Source: Phoronis australis (taxonomy: Eukaryota; Animalia; Phoronida). Taken from it: a stretch of 40,147 bases of DNA. The stretch is from NCBI GenBank assembly GCA_002633005.1, contig NMRA01000244.1, positions 568,482-608,628 on the forward strand. Direction: 5' to 3'. The position numbers were made by a program, and so were the translations under genes. Each line of letters opens with the position of its first letter. Position 1 is the stretch's first letter. This document shows, piece by piece, positions 1 to 12,400 of this stretch. A model generated the notes under the pieces. It did no database searches, was not told the origin of the DNA, and was given only the letters and a program-made list of their open reading frames with translations.

Positions 1-665
1 CCACAATTCGGAAACCAGAACTCCGACAATTCATTACTCTAATTGTAAGCTAATAAGCCTGAGCTGACATGAATACAATATTGTATTTGTGTCGAATTAG
101 TAACCATTTAAAGTGAGTGCAGGAGTTAAATACTTCTTAAAACATTGATTACAATTTTTACAAATGAGCCCAGATACAATTATTATCAATCGTGATTCTT
201 GAATCTGACTAACGATTCGTTCTCAAGATCACGACTGCGGCGATCAAAGGCGGTTTTGAATTTGAAGAAGACTGAAAGGGACTTCATGAAGACTGGCAAG
301 GACAGGGTAGCCTACTAACTACTCTGATTTAGTTTCGACCGTCCGTGCGCGTGGTTCCGACGGGTGAGCCTGGGGCGCAGCGGCCATAAATTTTCCAATC
401 GCGCTCTGAAATGATGTGATATTGGCATGAATTTGATGACTGTATCGTGATTGATAATTCATCAATATTCCTACTTCGTATTCTTTTAAAAATGTAAATA
501 CGTACTCATTTTTCCGTATTCGTACGGCAATTTCGCATGCGCATGATATCCACACAAAATGTTTTAGTGCCAGAGCGTCTTTTTTCGGTATAGGTATACA
601 ACTCAGTGCATTTGATAACTGACCAATCGTTTATTTTTACACCTGATTCCGAAATTTTATATATT

Positions 666-755
666 TTCGAAGTAGCGAACTTTCGAAGTAGTGAACCTTT
701 GAAGTTGTGAACCTTCGCAATAGTGAACCATAGGAATATTGAACCTTCGGAATAG
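666..755. repeat. 16-bp degenerate tandem repeat (consensus approx. TTCGAAGTAGTGAACC), about 5.5 copies
   Basis: ttcgaagtagcgaact ttcgaagtagtgaacc tttgaagttgtgaacc ttcgcaatagtgaacc ataggaatattgaacc ttcggaatag. Confidence 0.85.
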
Positions 756-2633
756 TTGACTGTTCCCATTTCCAGCGATGTAAGCAACTTAAGCAACACG
801 CAAAACTACAACCAGATAAAAAAATTCGTCCAGTCACTCTGCAACTAAATATTTCTGTCCGAGAATGTAATGAGGCGTAACCACTCATTTAAGCACGCCT
901 GATTTGAAAATGTTTCTTCCTGGACGCATTTTGTCACGTTCTTTGGGAGCAACCGTCACAGCATCTTTATCTCTGGTATTACGAATTCCATCTCATCTCA
1001 GGAACATAGAGGTGAGACATTTTGTTGTGTATACAGATTTCCTTTCACCCTAATTAAGCTGTGTCCATTGCCTAACCAAAAACTCTACAGTGTCGACGTT
1101 TGCAAAATATCAAAGGTCCACCGTTCCAGAAATTCAAACCACCCCCCAGGAAATGGCTGGCTACGGGCCTGATCACTCATCCGAAATACATGTACCTCAG
1201 GTTTTTTCATAGTCTCAAATTTATGTGCATGTTAGAATTTCAATCATACTGCAAATATTGAGACTGAAAAAGCAGGTGACTGAATTTCTACATAGCGTGG
1301 GTCTCAGATGGTATTTGTTGGTCCCAAGGAAGCAGGAATTTAGTTTTGCGGCCCTGGAATAGGAACACTACACGTTTAACATTTCAAATTAAAGCTCTTT
1401 TTCTTACGTAACAAAACGATGTTTTCAGACATTTCCTTCTCCACTCATACAATTCATTTTCTTATCTTCTTGAAAATTATCAGAAACTCATTACCTGTAG
1501 CCTCTCCTTTCAGCGAAAACATTTAAAATTCGTTTAGATGTTTGGTCTGTTCGTAAAATCCACTAGTAGCAGCCCTGACTCTTCAATGGTGAGTTAAATT
1601 CCATAACAGATCGTATTGATGTTCAACTATAAAATCGATGCGAGCAGTAATCAGATCTGCACAGACAAAATGAAACAATAAACGTGTCCAAAAACTATCA
1701 CCCTGAAACAAAATTAGCGTTTTGGAGAATGCTACGCGAGTCTCAGGCCTGAGACATGGGCAAAACCGCTTGGAAATTTCGTCAAAGTCCTGTAGGATTT
1801 GTTTTATAACATGAACCCTTTTTAATTTTTATTTGACAACACATCGCAAACAATTATTTTCGTAGAGTTACCAATCTTTCTTTGCTTCAGTTTAAGATGA
1901 ATACGATTCTTTTGTCTAAAAATGTTCCTAAAGTTTAGTTGCAACAAAATCCTAATTCTGCCTGCGTTCGCTGGATATCATCGAAATAGAATGGATTTTT
2001 AACACATACGATTTTGTTTTAAATTTTTTACATGCTTAAATTACAGGCATCTACTTACTTCAAACTCTAAATAAACTTCGCATTCTAAGAGATGACCAGT
2101 TTTTGCAGGAGTTCGCAGAAACTACATGTTCACAATCAATATAACTAAAACGTTGCCTTTTTGAAATATCAAAGTAAAAATCGACTGTCAATAAAAGTAT
2201 AAAATGTCTGAAGCTATTAGTCGAGACAAATCTATTCAAGTCATTCTGGTGGAAATGTCGTTTTTGAAATGTACGTTGATAGTCATTTCAAAAGCATTTA
2301 TCAAACTTCCTGTATTAAGCTTTTGATAAAATTTCTTGAAACTGGCCTGGGATTTTCCATAACGTTCATCGTGAAGTTACGTTCAGCCTTGATGAACACT
2401 TCTTACAAGTTCAACTAGACGGACGAGTCAAGTTACTAAATTTTCGAAAGCAGAGTTCCACTAACAAAGCGAAAATGGAAGCTCATGGGTTCATCAGCAA
2501 ATAAGATTTTAAAATCAAGATAAAATACAGCATTAGTAGAAATTTCCTTGGTCATAAAACGGACATTTTTTGTATCTTCTCTGTAGTATATGCTCCATTA
2601 GCCTAAACATTCGAAGCTGTGGCAATATCCGGA

Positions 2634-2838
2634 CTTAGTAGGGACCTTTGGCAATTACAATTACCCTTTAGCTACGACTGCCCCTTCCTAGGTCACCACT
2701 AGTCTGAGGGGCCCCAGTAGCAACAAAACCGTGTCTCAATTGTCATTGCGCCTGTTTGTCACTATCCAACGACTTCCGTCTGAGACATCCTTTGTGACGA
2801 CGAGGCGAGGCACCTGTTTCGTGCGAGGCCCTACTAAG
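2634..2838. mobile_element. Short putative non-autonomous DNA transposon with inverted ends
   Basis: Left end CTTAGTAGGGACC; right end GGCCCTACTAAG (reverse complement CTTAGTAGGGCC). GC-richer than the flanks. Confidence 0.45.
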
Positions 2839-5355
2839 CTGCAGCATTTTACACTAATGGATGGCCCATCATCCGGGCACCACAAATTTTAAATGGCCTC
2901 TAGCTGTATGAACGTGATGAAGGTCCATAATCAATGCAACTTGTCATGGTTAATCCGGCACATAAGACAAATCTAAAATTTTACACGATTTGTTCATTGA
3001 AACAGAGTATGACCGAATCGGAAGTCTCGTTCACGACCTTTGTCCTACAGATACTGCCTACAGAGACAAAGCTGTACAGGTACACTACACTCTTTCACAG
3101 TGCAACGAAAGGTAATTTTTAGCACAGGTGGCGCTGTGTCAGATTGTAAGTTGTACACAAGAAATCTTCTGGTTTTTGCACACAGCACCTTGTTCTCGTC
3201 TGTGGTAAAGGAGAATTAATTGCAGCTTTGAAATAGAAGCTGAATCACAAATCTTTTTGTAATGATAGACAAACCGAGGTTTGCATTGTGGTATTATTGC
3301 CCACGGTTGCCTTAAACCCCGGCGGTCTTGCTAAGCGGCCAGGGCACTGACATGAAAGTGATGAAGAAAGATTACAGAAAATAGGCTAATTATTTTCATC
3401 GTCGTCAAGTTCAAGATTTCTAATGTTTGCCTGTGACTTGACGACATTGGATCCTACAACGGAAGTTTTGCAATATAAGCACTGAAAGTTGTGTTCTGTA
3501 ATTGTGAGAACGTAACAATAACTTGATCATAAACCCCTGTTTCACATGTGCTGTTGCAATTAATTTGTGGTTAATTTTCTGTTCTGTCATGGATTTTAAC
3601 ATTATTTTCTTGTTGATGATGTATTTTGTCCCTTCCGTTGTGTCCTAGAGATTTTCTCGGCTGAGGCATTGTCACGGATTGGCGGCCCGGCATACAGGGG
3701 CAGGAAGGCGACTAGTCAGGGGACGTGAATTTTAGTCAATATTGGTGACTGCATGCAGATGTTGGGACGGCCAACGGACTCGTTTGGGAAGCCCCTGGAA
3801 CTGTTAATGACTGCAAACTAGGAAGAACACCATTTTCGTTAGTACCAGTCGACAATACGTACGCGTTTAGTTTTTCGTACGTGATCACTTCAATGTATTA
3901 TCGTACTTAGATCCCGTCAGGCTTCCTCAAGCGGGTTTTTGACGTAAAACCTGACATTATACTAGTTGTAAATTTATAACATGAAAAACAATACCATGAG
4001 ACCATTTCAGCTTTTAATAATTGGTTTTCTTCCTTGAGCTAACTCACGAACTGATGGTCTTGTCGCCTAAATACGTACTATACAGGAACGGCGACCGTCG
4101 GAGGGCACCACCTGACGGCTATAACTCGATTTCCGAGTACTTTCTTTGATCACACATTTGGAAAATCGCCAGAGCAATATGAGTCATTGCTATAAATAAA
4201 CGCGCGTGACGCTGTTAGCGCAGACAACGAAGCTATTTGATAGCAGTCGGACGTGTCGACCGAGCTCTCTGTTCAGCGTTAGGCGGGAATTTGCCGACAC
4301 TCGTTTTGTTTCAGTAAGTTTACGCTATCACTAATCTGAAATGAAAGTTTGTAAAGATTAAGTTTGAATCATGTTGTCATCCACGATACTGTTTCAAGCC
4401 GCACCGATCTTGAGACTTCTACTTTGGAATCAACTGAGGAACAATGTTGCAGAAGAACGCGTACACGTTGCCCCGAGGTGTTGTATAGGCATATATAGAA
4501 ATGTTTGTTGAAGAAAGCTGTCAAGTTTTTTGAAAAGTAGAATGTTCCTTTCAGAATTATATTTCGTGTATAACGATGTCTTTTGATAAACGAAGTAAGA
4601 GTGTCAATTTCATGTGTTGCGTCATTCTACATGGGTCATTGTAGACCCTATTAATATTGTACTTTAATAAGTAACTAGTAGGCCTACTTGTGACAACTTG
4701 TGTTAATGTTGTTTTCTTGTTATATTTTCCTGTACCCGTGCATAGTAAACATTTTATGTAGTTGCTTACTTTCTAAGCCTTATTACAAACTAGCTAGCCT
4801 TGGTGTAAAGGTGTTTGTCTTCATAGTGCTAGTTGTCTTGAAGGCTAGCTGTAACTTTGTGTTTATTTCCTTCCAACTCAAACAATTTTTTTTCAAATCC
4901 AAGGAACATCACAGAGTACCCCAGATATGACTGAACAAATTTACGTGCAAATTAAAGATATTACACTTTCTGCACTGTTCTTCAAAATACTGTTAGGTAT
5001 TGATTTAAAATGTTCCACTTTTGCATCAGGGACTGTCAAAAAGCAGACTGTTTTTGGTGAAAAAAACAAAGTTGCATCAAATGAAAAGGAAATGTTAATT
5101 TAGAAAATAACTATGGCAAAGATTTTTTGAGATTTTATTTATAGCATTTATATCATACTAAATTTAATCATGTAATTGTTCTCGTGGTTTTGCTTTGAAT
5201 GTACTTTCCTTTTGTTCAAAATTTTACGATAAAAGCATAATCACTTGAACTTATTAATGGCAGATTGGTTTAAAGTCAGCAACTAAATTCAATTTAAATT
5301 CTGCTTTCAGAAAATATACACTTTCGATGGGAGTTAAATTCCAGTTTTACACACA

Positions 5356-5588
5356 TTCAGTGATGGACTGGGTAGGCTTTGGGGTGTGTGAGTGGATCAG
5401 TTCGGCCACATTCTCCTGGCGGACTGCTACAAACGCTGTATCCATCTATTGACCCCTGCACGTGCACACTTGATCGCCACGAAGAATGATGTCTACATAC
5501 CTACAGCCATATGTCCATCAGGCCCAGGAGGGTGTATGTACTGGAGGAGGAAGGCGATGTGAAGGAGTTTAGTTATCTTGATATCTAA
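5356..5588 (+). pseudogene. Disrupted 3' fragment of an NHL-repeat/beta-propeller gene (TRIM-NHL-like C-terminus)
   Basis: Translates LWGV*VDQFGHILLADCYKRCIHLLTP...IPTAIC, then after a frameshift RVYVLEEEGDVKEFSYLDI*. This resembles the NHL blade pattern PxGV(C)VDxxGxILVADxxNxxIHxxxP. In-frame TGA at 5389-5391; AATAAA at 5746. Confidence 0.7.
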
Positions 5589-6462
5589 TTTAACACACCT
5601 CTACCATCACCTGGTTGTGTAATTGTTTGTGAGAATGTTTTGATGAAATGTTTTGTGAAATAATTGTTTGAAATTCTTGAAGTCTGTATGTAACATTGTG
5701 TGCAGATGACAAAGTAATATTGGACGTATTTTATCTAAAAATTCGAATAAAAGTTTGATAAAAATCAGCACATTAATACCTGAAGGTCTCGTGTATTTGA
5801 ATGGTCATTGTAGTTCTACTATAAAGTACGTGTGTTTACCTTTTTTACAAACCTGTTTTACCTGTGCTTAGTTGCGCACTTTCTCACATTTCTGTTTGAG
5901 TGAAACACGTGTTGTAAAGATTGTGCGCTGTTCTATATTTTCAATACCAAAATTCTATTCACGACGTCAGTAACATCATCATATTTCTACAATATGAAAT
6001 AACTGCGATCATAGTGTTCTCAAGTGTGCAATTAACATTTTGTAACTTCAAATAGTCGTATTAATGCAATATGTCAAGTTTGCTAGTTTTTGGTATCCTA
6101 ATTGGAATTATTGCCTATAGATTAAATGGAATTCTTTGATTAAACTGGGATTACTTAATTGTTCGTTTTAATTGAAATTGTCACGCTTAAAATTCTTAAT
6201 CAATATTATTGCATACTTAAGATTTTCATAATCATCATAACAAAATACATTGGTTAAAGGGACGTTATCATTTTCACGACCGAAAAACGCAAGCTTAGGA
6301 TTGAGTGGGATAAAATTTTTGAACTTATAAGCTTTGAACAGATCTAAAAAACACAAAATTATTCGTTGTGTTTTGCGATTTAATTACAAATCTCCAATTA
6401 TCGCCGTTATTTGCCAGATATTCGCTTGAAATACTCTCCCACGTACTGATGCTGGGATGAAG

Positions 6463-6489
6463 CGCAGGCAAACAAAATGTTTGCCTGCG
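6463..6489. repeat. Perfect 12-bp-stem hairpin, possibly a rolling-circle element end
   Basis: CGCAGGCAAACA-AAA-TGTTTGCCTGCG. Confidence 0.6.
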
Positions 6490-9400
6490 ACGCAACAATT
6501 TGTGAAGTTCTATTCTCAGCTGAGGCTGATCTCGGAAAGTGATTCTTCTCGACTATAGTGTCGAGTTAGTCGTTGACGTGATCAATGAAACTGAAACCGA
6601 AAAGAATTTTTTTTTTATTTCAGGAACTGTTTTGTATCCTTGCACATGAAGTCACACCACTAAAATCAGTAAAGAAAAACTGGTCATTCACGCCCTTTAT
6701 CGATTCATTAAAAACAAACGAATTTTGAACGTGAGGCTAAGTGTGTAAAGGTAATCTAGGTTGGTATGCACAGTGCAGACAACACACAAAATTAACGAAG
6801 TCCCTTACTAAAATTGCATCACATGAGTGCGAGTTGTCTTTGGTTAGGATTTTTGAAAGAAAAAATCGTATAATATAATATAATATAACTTGACTGACAG
6901 TACTTGGGCCACCGTCCCTTGTGCATATCACGCACAGCCCGAATATGGCGCGTTATCATCAGGTACAACTATAAGAATAAGACATCGGCGTGTGTGCCTT
7001 TTTCGAGTACAATAGATAGCTGGCTAATTTCCAAACCTTATGTTCAGACATCATTTCAAAACTTTCCTGATTTACAAGCCTAATACCGCACTTCGCTTGC
7101 AAATCAGCGTATGCAAGACAAGTAAAAAATTAATTTTATTCTTCAACTACTCTTAGAACTTGCTGTACAAAAACGACCTCCTCTTGGGTTTAATAAACAT
7201 CTTTCACTTTCAATTTACAGATCTAAATATAGCAACAGCAAATAAATGCTATTAGTATATAAATACTGAACATACTCTTCCGTTATAAGATCATTTTTAT
7301 AAAGCCTGAAACTGACAAGTTCACTTAAAGATGACACTTTTTTCTCACGCTATAGATGGGAATGAGCTTGACTTAGATTTCAGACGGGCTGAGTTCTTTA
7401 CTGCTCTCTGTTTCGTTAATATACACTGAACAAATTAGTACAACATCTTTAATCTAATGATTTTTAAGATTATTTCGTAGCGATTCTATAATATTCATGT
7501 AACTATAACGAGAAATCATCGAGTCCGTTCTAAGTTTGTCAACATGAGTATCTTTTGTCTGATGTCTAAAAGGTCAAGAGCCTGCATTTTGGCTACGCTA
7601 AAACATAACTTTCTAATAAAATTACTCGAAAATTAATGACTACAATAATATCTTAACCAGTCATTTTAATCAAAATAAAGTAATCACTATTTCTTCACGT
7701 ACACGCTCGCTTTAAATTTGTTTTTAAATAAGATGGTTGTTTACTCGTTCGCTTTAACGTCGTAATTAGACGAATGGTGTTAAATTTTTGTGAACTATCG
7801 CCGAATGCTACAACATTCAATGTTTGCTTGTGAACCGAATGTTAAGGTCAACTAAATAGTTGAATTGAAATAAGGACAAGAAAAATGCACTACAGAAAAG
7901 ATGCTGCACACCACGAGAAAAGAAGCAGTTACAAAATCAACAATTCCTTACCTTATACTGTTGACGTCAAGCGGGACACTTGGCCGACATTCGAGTTCCG
8001 GCGTGCGTTCCGTAGACCTAGTTTCTCGCAAGAAAAGCGATAACATGCAAGACATTGCGAGTTTTCGCCTTGTATTGCAAGCAAACAAGCTAAACACATG
8101 TGTCACAACTGCACTTCCCCACAAATCATAATGTAATAATATAAACAATGCATTGTAATCAAATATTCGTTAATAGTAAACACATAGGTAAACCCTATAA
8201 TGATCAGAAAAGGATTTGTAGTCTTGGTTTGCCAACTTTTTTCTACGTTTCCTTAGTTGTGTGACGAAACGCGCCACTGCGCAGTGTATAACTGTGTATA
8301 AACCAGCGTGTCAAGATTGAGTTAATTGAGTCTGAGCCGAGTTAAAAAGGAAATGCGCGCTGCACTGCGTAAACGTGCGTCTACGTCCCACTACCTCTTG
8401 GCGCACCGTGTGAAAGGGGCTTCCACAGTGGCGAAGTTGGCAGTTCTTTGTAGGTGGGCCCATGTGATAAAATGCACCCCTAATCTGCAGTGTTATTTGC
8501 AGCATACCGTGAATGTGATTTATCAATTTTGTTTGGACAGCGTACACGTTATGGCTAACAAAACAAAAGACACTAAAGAAAAGGAATCGATATATTTCTT
8601 TATCCTCCTCTTAACCAAAAATGACGGTTCGGCACAAATTCAATTTAATGGCCTAATTTTGATTGAACATGTTTAGTCACCCATTCCATCTCCAATTACA
8701 TATGGAATAATTGTTTGTGCATTTGGAGTTGGTTAAAAATGTAACAATGTAGCTATACGAAATGTAAACAATTCTTAGCCACACTCGCCCAATTTGTAAA
8801 ACTGTACAACTATTACCTTTTTCAGGACATATTTACGTTATCTTGCTTAAAGTCTTACTACAAATATATAAACAAAATGCACCCTAGATACTTCCACAAC
8901 ATAGAATTCATACAAGAATATCGGTCACTTCGAGAAAACATGTGCAAAACAACGCCATTACAATCTCCCAGTCACATTACTAATAATATAAATTATCAAC
9001 CATCATATACTGTACCTCCAACGAAAAAAACATCTACACAAAACAGCTTGTATTAGCATATCTTTTGAATCATTGCAATTTTCTAGAATGCGTTTTGAAT
9101 GAAACTCATTCCTAATTATGTTTTTCTCTCTACTTTAAAAATATACAATGAATAACTATGATGAAAATTGCCATGTCACAAACGTTTATATATGTTCCCA
9201 TGTTCAGCGATTCTGTGTCGCCGTTGGCCATCTCCAGTGCTTCCTGTTTGGGATTGTGTCTTTCAGTACTCTAAATAAACACATTTTTTCTGTTGATTCA
9301 TCTTGCATTTATCAGTACTAACTATCACTACTAACCAGCCGCTAGTGGTTTATACCTTGGTTGGTAACCAAATTAGTTTGTACAAAGTATGCCATTTAAA

Positions 9401-12400
9401 TGAAAAAGAAATATGTACACCTACGATAGCAGTCATTATTGTATTCTTGTTTTGTATATACGCTCTTTCTTATTTCTTTCGTACAAATGCGCCCGTTCAC
9501 CACAACTCTACTACGAACCCAATATTCTTCAGTGTCGTGATTTTAGAACCTACGGAACTTGTACCCAAACAGTAGTAATCTATTTTTATTTATGCGGCGC
9601 GTGCACGCATGAGTGACTCGGCTGTGGTCTGGGTCGGATTCAATTTCAAGAATTCCCTCTTTATCAAATCCTTTTTATTGCCGTATAGACTAGTTGTACT
9701 TAACAAAAAAGAAAACACACACCATTTGACGTTTCTGCTGTTTTACCTGAAGCCACGGTGTCGCATATTTCATCAACGTGCAATTTGCTACAGGTGGGCG
9801 ACATGATCTTTAGAGGATTTACAGTTTCAAACTGGGGCGGAAAAAACATACATTTGGCGGATGTTTGACACGTATGTTTTAAGTAATATTCGATGGTGCA
9901 AATAAATAGAATAATATGTTAACACTGTGGCAGTCGTCGTCGATATCCTACAGCATACATAAACAACAATAGTTTTTTGATTTCTTGGTCTCTGAGAGCT
10001 TCCAGTTTTCTGTTCTCGGAACCAAACTTCCACGGGGGGTCAGGCCCCCATCCACTGGGCCTACAACAAGAGCGATCCCAGGAAAGTGAAGTGGGTGATA
10101 ATGAAAAGTAAAACCAGTGCTAGTACTAGCGCTGGTATGACGATGTGTTTGACCGGTGTCTCTTATGTTATTTTAATGCCCTATAGCATCAAGCGTCACT
10201 ACGTTCAAAAAAGTTTTGTCACGTTGGCTTAAAACTAATTTTTAAGTGGTAGAAGCAAACTTATAATTATGGAATTTGAAACGAGCGAGTAAGAATCCTG
10301 CCGGAAATTGTCGAATTTAAGTCAAAGTTTGCGTTCTTGGCCATGCATCCTCAAACGGTTTCATAGAGATTTCAGTTAACATGACGGAACGGGATGTTGT
10401 TTGAAACGGTTTGCTATGTCAAGGGTCCTCATTTGCATAACATCAAAACTAATTACAGTTTTCTATTTCCCAATCGATGGCCTGAACAGCTTTGTGTAGA
10501 GCTTGTTTTTCCATTGATTTAAACAGATTTTAATTTAGTTGTCAGCAATGCTAGCTGAAGACCTGGACGTGAATGGTGAAAGTGCGCATTGGGTTTAATT
10601 AATATGCTAAATACCATGTATTTTTATGACGTGGATATCAACTCAGCTAGTGCCCGACAATCTCTGCTCTCCGGCTGCGACATGAGTTTGGTAAGCCTAC
10701 TGCCATGGTCAATTGTATCAGGGCAATCATAGATTTCATCATAGTTTTCAGAAATATTTCAGCATTTCTTGTCTAATTCTTTATACGAAAGGCAACTTAG
10801 CACATCGACTGCACTGAGCCGGGCTTAATTCAATATCTTAACATCTTGATATGCTTACTCAGCATTCATCACAAGTAATACATCCGGGACATTTTTTCAG
10901 TCTACCTAACAATTGCATTCATCGCCAGTCAAAGCAATAAAAACATTCACTTTGAGCCTTTAACTGCATCGTGCTCCCGAAGGCTGCAACAATGTAAAAC
11001 ACATGAATACTGGTTTCATTGTTGTTTCTATGCATTGTTCAAATTCAGTCCTTTGAAATGGTAACACAAAACTGAGTTTGTCGCTCGGTTGAACTTGCTT
11101 TGGCCAGGTATTATTACAAAAAAATAAATAGCTTATTCTGACTATTCTTTGGGTGTTACCTTACGGGCGCGACAAACATCAACTAAAGACACATTTTGGT
11201 TTAATTGAAACATTATTTTGGCACTAGCAGTAAAATTGGGTCTAGTTATTAAAATACGTCAAACAAAAATACATTCAGTGTGTCAACTGGTGATTCATTG
11301 TGAAATAGTATTCTTTTAAGTTTAGCAGCATTTATTCTACACTCGCAATTATAGATATCGCTACCAAGCCTGGCGTGCGTTCAGTAACGCTAGGACCTAC
11401 GCTAGGACCTAACAAAAGTCACGTGTTCTCATTTAAAGTACACGGCAATGTCTCACGAAACCTCGCGAAGTGTTGTATGCCAAAAACATTCAACATGACG
11501 TACTGGATTATGACTATTTGAAAACACGGACAAAAGTTGTTGTTTCCTCAAAGCGCATAAGTACAAGAAACAAATTAAATATTATGTTTATCACTCACGC
11601 TTTTAAAATTGTACCAGTCTTCAAATTCTGAGGTGTACAGTATATGCGACTACTGAGCCGCAAACACTTAAATATGCACGCATGACACGGAATTATGCAT
11701 GGAAAACCAAACTAAAACCTAAGAGTAAACTTTCAAAAAAATGTGTATTAAATTTATAATTATGGTTCACCAGTGAGTGTTTGTGGCGAAACACGCTTCA
11801 GACCACAGTGGCGGTCCTCAACGAAGCGGGTTTTGGTTATATCTATAAATAACATTTTGTTGCATAAATTAGAACACATAATCTTTTTCACCCATCTCAA
11901 GGGTAGTAGCAAAAACGTGGAACAAAGTGCGGGATATCCTGAACAGAATAATAAAATGAGAGTTGTCTTGACCATGATTATAACATGACTCGCTACAGCA
12001 AATTCGATTTAGGCATGTGCGCCTAGTCGCACGCAATATTTAGGCATATGCACCAAGTCGCACCTAACTTCGAACAGTCATGTCCACACCTCGCTTATAT
12101 TGTGAGAAAGAACAAGTCGAGACCGACATCGTGACGATACGTCGCCCAAATAAAAACTTTGGTCGAAATCTATCAATACTGTGTAGCGCGTCTAGAAATC
12201 GTAAGTCGTAGCGGAGACGGCTGATTTGAACTCCTGGGCTGAGTTTCTAGTATTGTGGTTAGATTATTTTCAGTCCATTTGCAAAATCTACCAGTATATT
12301 TGAACGTCGCATTACGTTTTCTACAATTCTACCTTGATTGCAAAGAAGGCAACTTGGCAAGAAAGATCTTCGTTTGACCTCTTGCTTTAGTTAGACTTAA

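Noticed and set aside
3122-3136. CTCF-like motif (CAGGTGGCGC; similar near 39490)
   Set aside because: A short partial match that cannot be supported from sequence alone.
8326-8676. 116-aa ORF and a TIR-like CCGTGTGAAAGGGGCT
   Set aside because: Non-ATG start and no domain; I found no partner inverted repeat.
1-12000. Remaining 60-100 aa ORFs in the track
   Set aside because: Mostly alternative starts, no motifs and no consistent splice structure; expected by chance in AT-rich eukaryotic DNA.
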